From: an uncultured Nitrospiraceae bacterium
Lineage (GTDB): Bacteria > Nitrospirota > Thermodesulfovibrionia > Thermodesulfovibrionales > UBA6898
DNA: 64,000 nt
Assembly (NCBI GenBank): GCA_963811165.1
Contig: CAWEQH010000004.1
Location: 704,001-768,000, forward strand
Direction: 5' to 3'
The notes beneath the pieces are model-generated. The model was not told the DNA's origin and did no database searches. It saw only the letters and a list, made by a program, of their open reading frames with translations. Positions 1 to 9,465 of the stretch are shown here, piece by piece. Position numbers and translations under genes: made by a program. The stretch's first letter is position 1. Each line of letters starts with the position of its first letter.

Positions 1-1
1 A

Positions 2-1834
2 GATAGGTTTATCTATGTAAATGACGCCCATGCCAGGATTTATGGGTATATTCGTGATGAGCTTATCGGAAAGACATGGCGCGATACCGTTTCTCCGGAT
101 TTGGAACTTATAATTGAAAGAGATTTTGAGAAGACGCTGCATAACAGAGCTGTGGGAATTTGGTCCGGTCAGGCTTTTGCCATAAGAAAAGACGGCACTG
201 TGGTGCCCACTGAGATCACCGCCACTTCCCGTTGGGGTGAGACCGGTAACTATCTCGGACATATATGTATTGTTAGGGACATCACGGAGCGCAAGCGGGC
301 GGAGGAGAATTACCGATTGCTCTTTGAATCTGCTAATGACGGGATCTTCATCCAGGATGAGACCGGCTTTACGGACTGCAACCAGAAAGGCGCCGAAATG
401 TACGGACTCACGAAGGAGGAGATTATCGGTCGCTCGCCCAGCGAGTTCGCTCCAAAGCAGCAGCCCGACGGACGGCTTTCCTCCGAAGTGGCCGCCGAGA
501 AAATCCGGGCCGCGTTGAACGGCGTCCCCCAGGTCTTTGAGTGGCAACCGTTACGTGCCGACGGAACCCCCTTTGACGTAGAGATTACGCTAACCAGGCT
601 CGAACTGGGCAGCAGGATATGCTCGCAGGCGATTGTTCGTGACATCACCGAGCGCAAGCGAACTGAAGAGGAGCGGGAAAAGTTACAGGCCCAGCTGTAC
701 CAGTCCCAGAAGATAGAGTCAGTGGGGCGGCTGGCTGGCGGCGTGGCCCACGATTTCAACAACATGCTTTCGGCAATACTTGGCTATACCGAAATGGCTA
801 TGATGGAAGGCACCCCACCTGAGACGATCCATGCCTACCTGAAGGTGATCGAGCAGTCTGCGCTCCGTTCCGCCGACCTTGTCCGGCAACTCCTGGCCTT
901 TGCTCGCAAGCAAATCGTGGCGCCCAAGGTTTTGGTCTTGAACGACACCGTGGCAGGCCTGCTCAAGATGCTCCAGCGGTTGATGGGCGAGGACATTGAT
1001 TTTACCTGGATGCCGGGTGTGGGCCTGTGGCCGGTAAGGATCGACCCCTCCCAGATCGATCAGCTTCTCGCAAATCTCTGCATCAACGCTCGGGACGCCA
1101 TCACCGGGGTGGGTAAGATCACCATAGAGACCAGGAACGCGGCCTTCGGTGAGACCTATTGTGCCGTTAATCCGGGTTTTGTGCCTGGAGAATATGTGAT
1201 GCTGGCCGTCAGAGACAACGGCTGCGGCATGAGCAAAGAAGTTTTTGATCACCTCTTCGAGCCGTTCTTCACCACAAAGGAGGCGGGAAAGGGTACTGGA
1301 CTGGGTTTGGCCACCGTATACGGGATCGTCAAGCAAAACAATGGAATTATTAACGTCTCTAGCGAACCCGGCAAGGGCTCGACTATCAAGATCTTCCTGC
1401 CCCGGTTTGCAGGGGAAGCCATCGAGCCAGCAACCGTAAGCAGGACGGAAACGCCCAAAGGCCATGGTGAGACGGTACTGTTAGTGGAGGATGAGGCGTC
1501 GATCCTGAACATGGGTCAGGATATGCTAGAAGCGCTGGGCTACAGGGTATTGACCGCTGGCACTCCGACAGAGGCAATCTCCCAGGTCAAGACCCATACC
1601 GGCGAGATAGATCTACTCGTCACCGACATGGTCATGCCGGAAATGAATGGCTGGGACCTTGCGAAATTGCTCTGCGAGATCAATCCGGGCTTGAAGTGCC
1701 TGTTTTCATCCGCTTACACTGTCGATGTCATCGCTCACCAGGGTGTGTTGGACAAAGGTGTACACTTCCTTCAAAAACCCTTCTCCAGGAAGGATCTGGC
1801 GACCAAGGTGCGCGAGGTATTAGAAGGAGAATAG
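2..1834 (+). CDS. PAS-domain hybrid sensor histidine kinase/response regulator (5'-truncated by window edge)
   Basis: Frame open from base 2; PAS/PAC repeats (VRDITERK), H-box AGGVAHDFNNML, G-boxes FEPFFTTK/GKGTGLGL, C-terminal receiver (LLVEDE...DMVMP...KP). Confidence 0.93.
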   Translation, partial: DRFIYVNDAHARIYGYIRDELIGKTWRDTVSPDLELIIERDFEKTLHNRAVGIWSGQAFAIRKDGTVVPTEITATSRWGETGNYLGHICIVRDITERKRAEENYRLLFESANDGIFIQDETGFTDCNQKGAEMYGLTKEEIIGRSPSEFAPKQQPDGRLSSEVAAEKIRAALNGVPQVFEWQPLRADGTPFDVEITLTRLELGSRICSQAIVRDITERKRTEEEREKLQAQLYQSQKIESVGRLAGGVAHDFNNMLSAILGYTEMAMMEGTPPETIHAYLKVIEQSALRSADLVRQLLAFARKQIVAPKVLVLNDTVAGLLKMLQRLMGEDIDFTWMPGVGLWPVRIDPSQIDQLLANLCINARDAITGVGKITIETRNAAFGETYCAVNPGFVPGEYVMLAVRDNGCGMSKEVFDHLFEPFFTTKEAGKGTGLGLATVYGIVKQNNGIINVSSEPGKGSTIKIFLPRFAGEAIEPATVSRTETPKGHGETVLLVEDEASILNMGQDMLEALGYRVLTAGTPTEAISQVKTHTGEIDLLVTDMVMPEMNGWDLAKLLCEINPGLKCLFSSAYTVDVIAHQGVLDKGVHFLQKPFSRKDLATKVREVLEGE

Positions 1835-1937
1835 GCTCACAGCGCCAACTTAGAATGAGCAAGTATCGCAGCGACTCAGACAATTTCCCTCGCTGGTACT
1901 CCAAGGTCAGTTGGTTATATCAGATTAACAATTACTA

Positions 1938-3215
1938 TGAGGTAAGATGGAAATGGTGGACACCAAAGTCAGGTAAAATAAGAAACGGAGGTGTCAGGAT
2001 GGAAAGGATTCCAAGAGGGAAGTACACGAAGGAGTTCCGAGAGGAAGCAGTGAAACTGGTAACAGAAGGAGAGTCTGTCATTACCGGAGGCAGGACGCCG
2101 GTTATCTTGCCGCCATCGACATTAGGCAACTGGGTCAAAGGCATACAAAGCCGGCAAGCTGGGAGAGATAGGCAAGAGATATCGGCCACTGACCGAAGTT
2201 GAGATGGAATTGGCCCGGGTCAAAGAGAGAACTGGCAGAAGTCAAGATGGAGCGGGACATCTTAAAAAAAGCAGCCGCGTACTTTGCCAGGGAGTCGCTG
2301 CCCGGTACGCGATGATGAAAGAACTGCGGCTCAAATATCCCAGTACCGCTTATGAGCCGGGTGCTGAATGTATCGGCCAGCGGCTATTATGCCTGGCTGG
2401 ACAGGCCGCTTATCGAAGCGGGCCCGGGAGGAAATGCGGCTGGAGGTAGAGATCAAGGCGGCCGATAAGCGGACCCGGCAGACCTATGGTCCTGAGCGGT
2501 TACAGTAGCGATCTGGCGGAGCATGGCGTCAGGTGGGCGTTTGCCGGATCAAAGCGGATCCGGAAGAAGCTGGGAATACGCTGTAAACAGAAGAGGAAAT
2601 TCAAGGCCACCACTAACTCAAAGCACACACCTGCCGGTAGCCGAGAATTTGCTGAATCAGCAGTTCGAGGTAGCTGCACCGAATAAAGTCTGGGTGAGTG
2701 ATATCACCTATATCCCCACGGATGAAGGCTGGCTGTACCTGGCTGGGCATAAGGACCTTTTTACCGGTGAGATCGTGGGTTATGCGATGGGAGAGCGGAT
2801 GACGAAGAATCTGGTCAGCCAGTCTTTGTTCCGGGCAGTGGCAGCCAAACGTCCAGCGAAAGGGCTTGATTCATCACTCTGACCGGGGCAGTCAGTATTG
2901 CTCCCATGAATACAGAGACATTCTTGACCAATTCGGCATGACAGGCATCGATGAGCGGGAAAGGGAACTGTTATGATAATGCCCCGATGGAGAGCTTCTG
3001 GGGAACGCTGAAACAGGAGCTTGTCCATCACCGTCATTACAGAACCAGGCAGGAGGCAATTCAGGACATTACGGAATATATCGAGATCTTCTATAACCGG
3101 CAGCGCCGACAGGCAAGACTTGGGTTTCTGTCCCCGGCGGCATATGAACAGAAATTCTATGCCGGACAACTGGCAGCATGAAAGGTTTGGTGTCCACTAT
3201 TGACATCCGACCTCA
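1938..3215 (+). mobile_element. IS3-family insertion sequence with multiply frameshifted transposase
   Basis: Terminal IRs TGAGGTAAGATGGAAATGGTGGACACCAAA / reverse complement of right end TGAGGTCGGATGTCAATAGTGGACACCAAA; 3-bp target duplication CTA (1935-1937, 3216-3218); orfA start MERIPRGKYTKEFREEAV; A7G slippery site ~2264; orfB pieces WVSDITY, GNCYDNAPMESF. Confidence 0.95.
1998..3181 (+). pseudogene. IS3 transposase orfA/orfB broken by many single-base indels
   Basis: Recognisable IS3 motifs are scattered over all three frames (ORFs 2204-2449, 2486-2686, 2523-2882, 2951-3181). Confidence 0.8.
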
Positions 3216-3545
3216 CTACACGTACTCTTTATCACCTGCTGCCGAACTGATCGTTAATTCCCAAAAGAAACCTTGCGTCCTCGTGAAAATCCTACGGTGT
3301 TAGGTATAGGAATGCATTGAGAGGACCGAGAGTCCTTCAAATCAGTAACCTAACTGATAGGTTTTGCCCCGAATTGTGCCAGAAAGAGGATGTGCTTAAA
3401 GATCGGGCAACTTTTTTTGTTGCTTCCTGTACTCGAAACTGTCAATTTTTTGTCAGTGGTGAGGTATGGACCTGCCCCCCGAAAAATGTGCCACACGTAA
3501 TTAGAGTGTAGGCATAATATAAACACTCTAAGCAGGGAGGCAAGG

Positions 3546-3812
3546 ATGAAAAAGGTCAGATATTCGGAGGAACAGATTATCAGCATAATCAAGGAAGCAG
3601 AGGCAGGGATCTCAGTAACGGAACTTTGTCGGAAGTATGGGGTCAGCGATCAGACCTATTACAACTGGAAGGCAAAATACGGAGGGATGACCGTAAGCGA
3701 TGCAAGGAAGCTGAAGCAGCTGGAAGATGAGAACCGGCGTCTGAAGCATCTTGTGGCTGATCTGACCCTTGATAATCAGGCTTTAAAGGCGGTCATCTCA
3801 AAAAACTTCTAA
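3546..3812 (+). CDS. IS3-family transposase OrfA
   Basis: MKKVRYSEEQII...LCRKYGVSDQTYYNWKAKYGG...LEDENRRLK, a typical HTH plus leucine zipper. Confidence 0.95.
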   Translation: MKKVRYSEEQIISIIKEAEAGISVTELCRKYGVSDQTYYNWKAKYGGMTVSDARKLKQLEDENRRLKHLVADLTLDNQALKAVISKNF

Positions 3813-3835
3813 GGCCCAAGGCACGCAGGGAAGCA

Positions 3836-4648
3836 GTGGCATTTGTTATAGGCAGCTTTGGGCTGAGTCAGAGGCGGGCAAGTCGCCTTATAGGACTGTG
3901 CAGGAACACCCTGCGATATGAACCGAGACCGGACGCCGACGAGGCTCTTCGGAAGCGGATGAAGGAGATAGCCGAGCAGAGGAAGCGATTTGGATGCCGG
4001 AGACTGCATGTAATGTTAAAGAGAGAGGGACTGGTGGTCAATCATAAGCGGACAGAACGGCTCTACCGTGAGGAGCGGCTGTTATTAAGGGTTCGAAGGA
4101 GAAAGAAACTGGCATCACAGCGAAGAGTTGAAATCTCAGCGGCGAGCAAAGCAAACGAGCTCTGGGCGATGGATTTTCTCCATGACGCAATGTATAACGG
4201 AAGGAAGCTGAGGTTCTTGCCGATAATCGACACGTATACAAAGGAATGTTTCAGGATCGAGGTGGACACATCGATTGGAGGCAAGCGGGTTTGTACAGTC
4301 TTAAGCCAGATAGCAGCGTTTCGTGGGCTGCCTGACCGAATTGTCGTTGACAACGGCCCCGAGTTTATAAGCAACGCCTTGGATGCATGGGCGTATGAGC
4401 GCGGTGTGAAGCTTCACTTCATTCGGCCTGGGAAGCCTGTTGATAATGCCTATATGGAGAGTTTCAACGGCAAGTTCAGGGATGAATGTCTGAATCTGCA
4501 CTGGTTCATGAGCGTAGGGCATGCCCGTGGGATCGCAGAAGACCACCGGCTCGATTACAACAATGAGCGGCCTCATAGTTCATTGGGCGATCTGACACCA
4601 GCTGAGTTTATCAGGCTTGAAGAGGAAAGAGCAGTTGGGATACTCTAA
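3836..4648 (+). CDS. IS3-family transposase OrfB (DDE), probably expressed as a -1 frameshift fusion
   Basis: WAMDF, VDNGPEF, PGKPVDNAYMESFNGKFRDECLN, YNNERPHSSLG. Confidence 0.95.
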   Translation: MAFVIGSFGLSQRRASRLIGLCRNTLRYEPRPDADEALRKRMKEIAEQRKRFGCRRLHVMLKREGLVVNHKRTERLYREERLLLRVRRRKKLASQRRVEISAASKANELWAMDFLHDAMYNGRKLRFLPIIDTYTKECFRIEVDTSIGGKRVCTVLSQIAAFRGLPDRIVVDNGPEFISNALDAWAYERGVKLHFIRPGKPVDNAYMESFNGKFRDECLNLHWFMSVGHARGIAEDHRLDYNNERPHSSLGDLTPAEFIRLEEERAVGIL

Positions 4649-4689
4649 TTATGAATGGCACAAAGGATGGGGGTAGGTCCGTATTCCAG

Positions 4690-4762
4690 CGGAAACAAAC
4701 GGATGATCAATGATGCCGCACTGCGGCTTTCGTGCGGTACTTGATAACGAGATGCGTTAGAT
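4690..4762 (-). repeat. degenerate attC-like site downstream of the site-2 protease cassette
   Basis: Minus-strand ATCTAAC inverse core at 4762-4756; imperfect stem ATCAA..TGCCGCAC / GTGCGGTA..TTGAT; distal core degenerate. Confidence 0.45.
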
Positions 4763-4830
4763 GCTAAACCGAAACCTCCCCAACCTAAAAGACTGAGGGG
4801 CTTCATGCCAATCAATTTTTGACGCAGGTG

Positions 4831-5730
4831 TTATATGCCCTTTATATGAAGCGGGATTGGTGCAAATGAGACGATTAAAATTATCAGAGCAATCAGAATG
4901 AGAAGTGGCTGTGTCTTCTGAATTTCATCAACATAATTGTCTGTTGGATATTGGTCTCTGAAATTTATCATACAAATTGCCCCAAATATTGCCATTGCAA
5001 TCCATCCGCTCCAAATAAAGCCAAGGATGACCAAAATAATTATCGAACACCAACTGATCCATTTAGTTTTTTTAAACCCAAATAAGGCATATAAAATGCG
5101 ACCGTCGTCTAGCTTGCCAATAGGCAAGAGATGCCACCAGTTATAATACAGGCCCATCCAGCCAGCGTATGCCAACGGATGGAGCATGACATCCTTGTTC
5201 TCCGGAACACTACCAAAGATCAATCGTTCGGTCAGATATGTAATCAGGGAGTCACCCAATGTTAATGAATATTGGGATGTTTGTACATCCATGATGCTAG
5301 ACATGTTTAGGCCAATTATAAACAGCAGCCAAGACGCACAGAAACCAGCAATCGGACCAATTGTGAATATATGAATCAAAGAATTTCGATTCTCAATGGG
5401 CCACTTCATTTTTGTGTAGGCACCAGCAGTTCCAGCTACGCCCAGTTTTGGAACGAAATATGGCAGATATGCGCCGACGCCATGAGCGCGTGCAGTCAGG
5501 TAATGTCCGAATGCGTGCGAGCCCATAATAAATATCGTGGCTAAAGCATAGGGCAGTCCTTTAACAAGACTGGATGCCGACCAATATTCTTCATCAGACA
5601 TGAGGCTACCAGCAAAGAGTGTGGTCGCAAACGTCAAGAAGAATAGAAAAGACGGTGCGATCCAGTTAAAAAAGGCATGTCGACGCGCTGTCTTGAGCGA
5701 CGATTTAGCCAGAATTTCTTGAATTTCCAT
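4831..5730 (-). CDS. site-2 protease (peptidase M50)-family membrane protein, motifs degenerate
   Basis: SHAFGH in place of HExGH, GPIAG, LHPLAYAGW, HLLPIGKLDDGR in place of NLLPxGxLDGG; low GC. Confidence 0.8.
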   Translation of the reverse strand: MEIQEILAKSSLKTARRHAFFNWIAPSFLFFLTFATTLFAGSLMSDEEYWSASSLVKGLPYALATIFIMGSHAFGHYLTARAHGVGAYLPYFVPKLGVAGTAGAYTKMKWPIENRNSLIHIFTIGPIAGFCASWLLFIIGLNMSSIMDVQTSQYSLTLGDSLITYLTERLIFGSVPENKDVMLHPLAYAGWMGLYYNWWHLLPIGKLDDGRILYALFGFKKTKWISWCSIIILVILGFIWSGWIAMAIFGAICMINFRDQYPTDNYVDEIQKTQPLLILIALIILIVSFAPIPLHIKGI

Positions 5731-5829
5731 CGGCGTTAATTATATATTCCTTATTCGGCATCGATCTTGACGCAATTGTTAAAAGCAGATTCTTTTTTGT
5801 CATGTCTCATTTCTAGAGGTCTCTTTAAT

Positions 5830-6042
5830 TTATTCATTGTTTTTATCTGATTCTTTGCCTTCCCATTCGGGTAATATTTCTTTATCTTTGTCCTTCCATT
5901 TTGCACTTAACAAGAGAATCGCGCTAAAGAGCATAGATCCTATGAAAAAATTGATGACATCACGTGCGGGAATTATTAAATAGACAATCGGATATACAAT
6001 CAGGGCTAAAGCAATACGCTGCCAGACTTTCAGGTTCTTCAT
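5830..6042 (-). CDS. small two-TM hypothetical protein (cassette-like)
   Basis: 70-aa ORF with two hydrophobic segments; ATG lies immediately after the attC core. Confidence 0.6.
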   Translation of the reverse strand: MKNLKVWQRIALALIVYPIVYLIIPARDVINFFIGSMLFSAILLLSAKWKDKDKEILPEWEGKESDKNNE

Positions 6043-6102
6043 ACTAATGGACGACCTTACCTGCCGACCTTATCACCGGTCGGCTGGAAAGTTTTGTTGG
6101 CA
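6042..6102 (-). repeat. attC site
   Basis: Minus-strand inverse core TGCCAAC matches GTTGTCA at the array head (7952) with 1 mismatch; stem CCTGCCGACC/GGTCGGCTGG; distal core reads ATTAGTA (GTT changed to ATT). Confidence 0.7.
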
Positions 6103-6166
6103 GTTCTTTTTTTTGTCTTTTCATAAAATTACAGTTTGAGCTTTCCCCGATAATGTGGACACTTGG

Positions 6167-7024
6167 TTAAGTTTCATCAAGGAGCCGTTCAAATTGCTCT
6201 GGGCTCCTGTACCCTAATGCCGAGTGTCTCCTCTGACGATTATAAAACACTTCTACGTACTCAAAGATACTAAGCCTTGCCTCAAGCCGTGAACGGTACT
6301 TCTCACCGTGGACCAATTCCGTCTTGAGCGTTCCGAAAAATGACTCCGCATAGGCATTGTCATAGCAATTGCCACTTCTGCTCATACTCGGAGTAATGCC
6401 GTATTCTCTGAGAAGCTCCTGATATGCATAACTCGCGTACTGCCTGCCTCGATCGGAGTGGTGGATCAACCCCTCAGGAGGGCTCTGCCTGCTGGCTGCC
6501 GCTTTTAGCGCATCAGAGGCGAGTTCCTGAGAAAGTTTATCGCTCATGGACAACCCTATAACTCTTCTGCTTTTCACATTTATCACAGCTGCCACATACA
6601 ACCACCCCTCGGAAGTAGGAACAAACGTAATATCTGATGCCCATACCCCATCGGTCTGTCTCTTGCCAATCAGCAGGTTTGCCGCCAGAGCATAATCATG
6701 CCGTGAATCGGTAGTCCGCCTAAACCTCCTCCTCTTCACTTCCCCGCATATGGCATGATCCTTCATGATCCTGGCTACCCGGTTCTTCCCGCATTTGACA
6801 CCCTCATCATTGAGTTCAGCCGTGATCCTTAGGCTCCCGTACAGCTTCCTGCTTCTTCTGTGGATCTCCTGTATGTGTCCCAGCAACTCCTGGTTGTCCT
6901 TTTGCCTCCTGCTAAGCGGACGGCTGCGCCACGCATAATACCCACTCCTGGATACCTTTAACACCCTGCACATGCTTCCCACCCTGTACTTCTCCCGATG
7001 CTCTTCCATCAACCCGTACTTCAT
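6167..7024 (-). CDS. IS3-family transposase OrfB (DDE)
   Basis: MCRVLKVSRSGYY, WASDITF, HHSDRGRQY, GNCYDNAYAESFF, YNRQRRHSALGY. Confidence 0.93.
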   Translation of the reverse strand: MKYGLMEEHREKYRVGSMCRVLKVSRSGYYAWRSRPLSRRQKDNQELLGHIQEIHRRSRKLYGSLRITAELNDEGVKCGKNRVARIMKDHAICGEVKRRRFRRTTDSRHDYALAANLLIGKRQTDGVWASDITFVPTSEGWLYVAAVINVKSRRVIGLSMSDKLSQELASDALKAAASRQSPPEGLIHHSDRGRQYASYAYQELLREYGITPSMSRSGNCYDNAYAESFFGTLKTELVHGEKYRSRLEARLSIFEYVEVFYNRQRRHSALGYRSPEQFERLLDET

Positions 7025-7323
7025 CTGCTGCGTTTGGAGAATACGGCCAAGGCTTTTTTTAAAATGTCCCTCTCTTCCCTCACCCTTTCCAATTCCTTCC
7101 GAAGCTGCTTTATCTCCGCTCCCTCCGGACTTGAATGGCCTTTCCCCACAAATGCCTTCTCCCCGTCTTTCAGCAACCTCCTTCTCCATAAATGAAGTAA
7201 GTTGGGATGAATATCAAGGTCCCGAGCTACCTTCCCTACCGGCATACCCTTCTCCGTCACAAGGTGAACAGCATTCCTCTTGAACTCTCTCGTGAAATGA
7301 CGACGCCTATCCTCTTTCCCCAT
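7021..7323 (-). CDS. IS3-family transposase OrfA
   Basis: RRHFTREFKRNAV...VARDLDIH...ERDILKKA. Confidence 0.93.
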   Translation of the reverse strand: MGKEDRRRHFTREFKRNAVHLVTEKGMPVGKVARDLDIHPNLLHLWRRRLLKDGEKAFVGKGHSSPEGAEIKQLRKELERVREERDILKKALAVFSKRSR

Positions 7324-7354
7324 ACACACACCTCCTTTTCCATCTTACAAATCT

Positions 7355-7937
7355 TTAGGTGTGTCCATCAATTCGGGGAAGGCTCAGTTTATAGCGTTCC
7401 TTAATCGTTGCAATTATTTGATTCGCCTCTGCCTCGTCAACACCTCCGCCGAATCTATACGTTCTGGCTCCATAATCAAACGCAATAGCTCCACCGCCGA
7501 CGCCCCAAAATTGAAGACTTGCTGAGAAGTTGAATGGATTAAACGGTTGTGGCGATACCCTGAGATTCGAAATGTGGATCATATCGTATTCTTTTTCTCT
7601 GCCGTAGCCAAAAAGTTCCCGCTTTATAGTCAGGTTTGAATTATTAATCGTGATTCTCTCCCTTCCAGCTATATTCCACAACCAGATATAAATTGCAATC
7701 GAGCCGCCTATTGTCCATAACACTAGCCATACGCCAGTAAAAATCACGGGGCCTTTATGCGCATTATCTTTAAAGAAAGTCATAGGAACTGTTATCTCAC
7801 CGAACGCCCAGCCGACAAGCCAGACAGAGAGAAACAAAATGAGAAATATATTTTTTTTTCGATGGAATCATAATTTCGAGCCCTTTCGGGCTTGAAGATA
7901 TGATTGAGCGTGCTTTACTTGGATTAATTTTTGTCAT
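7355..7937 (-). pseudogene. membrane hypothetical protein (first cassette of array 1) with a homopolymer frameshift and an IS inserted at its 3' end
   Basis: RBS GGAGG + ATG 7937 (MTKINPSKARS...); an A9 run at 7851-7859 shifts the frame relative to ...IFLILFLSVWLVGWAFGE; removing the IS restores ...KERYKL-stop. Confidence 0.75.
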
Positions 7938-7945
7938 TATCCTCC

Positions 7946-7990
7946 TGACAACAATTAATATTCGGATTCGGTTTTTTCGTCCCCACGAGC
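7946..7990 (-). other. attI-like recombination site heading cassette array 1
   Basis: GTTGTCA core on minus strand; flank ACAACAATTAATAT..CGGTTTT..CCCACG is shared with the site at 17609. Confidence 0.6.
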
Positions 7991-8468
7991 ATAATAATAG
8001 CACAATCAAGGATTTGAGAAAAGACGGAAGTCATTGATAAATAATGAATCGGAGTTTTCTATATATTATGATATTAGGGCGCAATTACGGGATCGGTATA
8101 TCATAGGAACTTTGCCAAAAACAGTTCACCAATACCCGCTCCGCAATCCGCCATGTACTCTTCACTAACATATGTTTCAGAAGACTGAATGTTTTTTGGG
8201 GAAATTGTTGCCCTGCCGAAATAATGCCAGTGTGATGTTGTCGGTGTTAACCGCACCGATCACCAAAATGGCTCCTAGTTTCTTTTTGGTCAGTTATCGA
8301 TGAAGGATTCTTCCGGAAATTCACGCGGACGAAATTTGAACTCCATCATCTCCATAGTCTCCAGGTCCGCCGGCGCTACCGCTGGATTGGGCATGCTACG
8401 GGACGAACTCCTCAGTTATCGCGAATTGAAACTCGCGTTTAGTTCTGTGAGAAGTTCTTAAAAGTGAA

Positions 8469-9461
8469 TTAGCGACCGCCGCTGCTTTCCGCACATCTCA
8501 CGTCCGCCGCCAGGTGCTTTCCGTAATGATAATATCCGTGGGCGGGACAGCCGCCGGTACATGAATGCCTGTCGGCACAGGAATCTGCTGTGCACCTGTT
8601 TTGCCTGCAATGTCTGAACAGATCGAGTTTAGGGCTTGCCCATATCGTAAATAGGTCGTCTTCAAAGATATTGCCGAGATTGAACTCTTCGAAATGCTGA
8701 AAGAGGTTGCAGGGATATACGGACCCGTCGGGCATTACCGCCAGCTTGCGAACACCGCCTGCGCAGCGGACCCCCCAGGGGAGAGTTTCTTTTTCGAAAC
8801 AGGAGGCGGCGACTTTGAAAATCCCGATGTCCTGATTGTTCCGTTGAGTCTCTTCATAAAAGTCCCTGAAGGCGCTGTAGCTCAGCGCGGCATTTTTCAG
8901 GGTCGCATCACTCGTAATCAGGTCCATATGGATCAGATAATAACGTTTTACCCCCATGTCTCTAAGCAAGGTGACGATCTCCTGGATATCGGACATTGTC
9001 TCTTTGCTGACTACGGTCTTTACGATCGGGTCGAGGCCCGCTGAAACCAGTTGGCTTACACTTGTCAACGCGCGATAAAAATTATGCGAATGAGTCATCC
9101 TATTGTGAGTTGCTTCCGAACTGCCTTCCAGCGATACGCCGATAGTGAATTTTTCAGGGTCCAGGGCCGAAAACTTTTCAATCACCTCCACTGTGCTCCC
9201 GTTTGTACTGAGGTTTACAGACCTCCCGCCTTTTATCGCGATATCTATGAAGTCAGGCATCCAGTCGAGAAGGAGCGGTTCTCCCCCCATAATGTCGATT
9301 TCTCCGATGTCGTTACAAAGAAGGATGTCAAGAAGTGTGAGGGCGTTGTCGAACGACATGTCAGATACGTAAGTCGGCGGCGAATTGAAGCAGAACCTGC
9401 ATCTCTGGTTGCATCGGAGGGTGGGGTAGAGCTGGATGAACTGGGGCAAAGGAGAGGACAT
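8469..9461 (-). CDS. radical SAM protein with SPASM domain
   Basis: CNQRCRFC, GGEPLL, C-terminal CAGG...DGSVYPC...CxxxxCxxxxxCTGGCP. Confidence 0.92.
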   Translation of the reverse strand: MSSPLPQFIQLYPTLRCNQRCRFCFNSPPTYVSDMSFDNALTLLDILLCNDIGEIDIMGGEPLLLDWMPDFIDIAIKGGRSVNLSTNGSTVEVIEKFSALDPEKFTIGVSLEGSSEATHNRMTHSHNFYRALTSVSQLVSAGLDPIVKTVVSKETMSDIQEIVTLLRDMGVKRYYLIHMDLITSDATLKNAALSYSAFRDFYEETQRNNQDIGIFKVAASCFEKETLPWGVRCAGGVRKLAVMPDGSVYPCNLFQHFEEFNLGNIFEDDLFTIWASPKLDLFRHCRQNRCTADSCADRHSCTGGCPAHGYYHYGKHLAADVRCAESSGGR

Positions 9462-9465
9462 AGAC

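Larger units (their letters stand above)
3468..4680 (+). mobile_element. IS3-family (IS407-like group) insertion sequence, apparently intact
   Basis: IRs GGACCTGCCCCCCGAAAAATGTGCCA / TGGCACAAAGGATGGGGGTAGGTCC; 4-bp direct repeat GTAT (3464-3467, 4681-4684); orfA+orfB with A6C slippery site at 3800-3806. Confidence 0.93.
6137..7386 (-). mobile_element. IS3-family insertion sequence
   Basis: IRs TGAGCTTTCCCCGATAATGTGGACAC / GTGTCCATCAATTCGGGGAAGGCTCA; 3-bp target duplication GTT (6134-6136, 7387-7389); A7G slippery site ~7053-7060. Confidence 0.95.

Noticed and set aside
3216..3463. Possible attC or cassette between the two IS elements (GCCGAAC...GTTAGGT)
   Set aside because: No convincing complementary arms and no credible ORF
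5731..5829. attC between the 70-aa ORF and the S2P gene
   Set aside because: Only a degenerate core-like remnant; no stem visible
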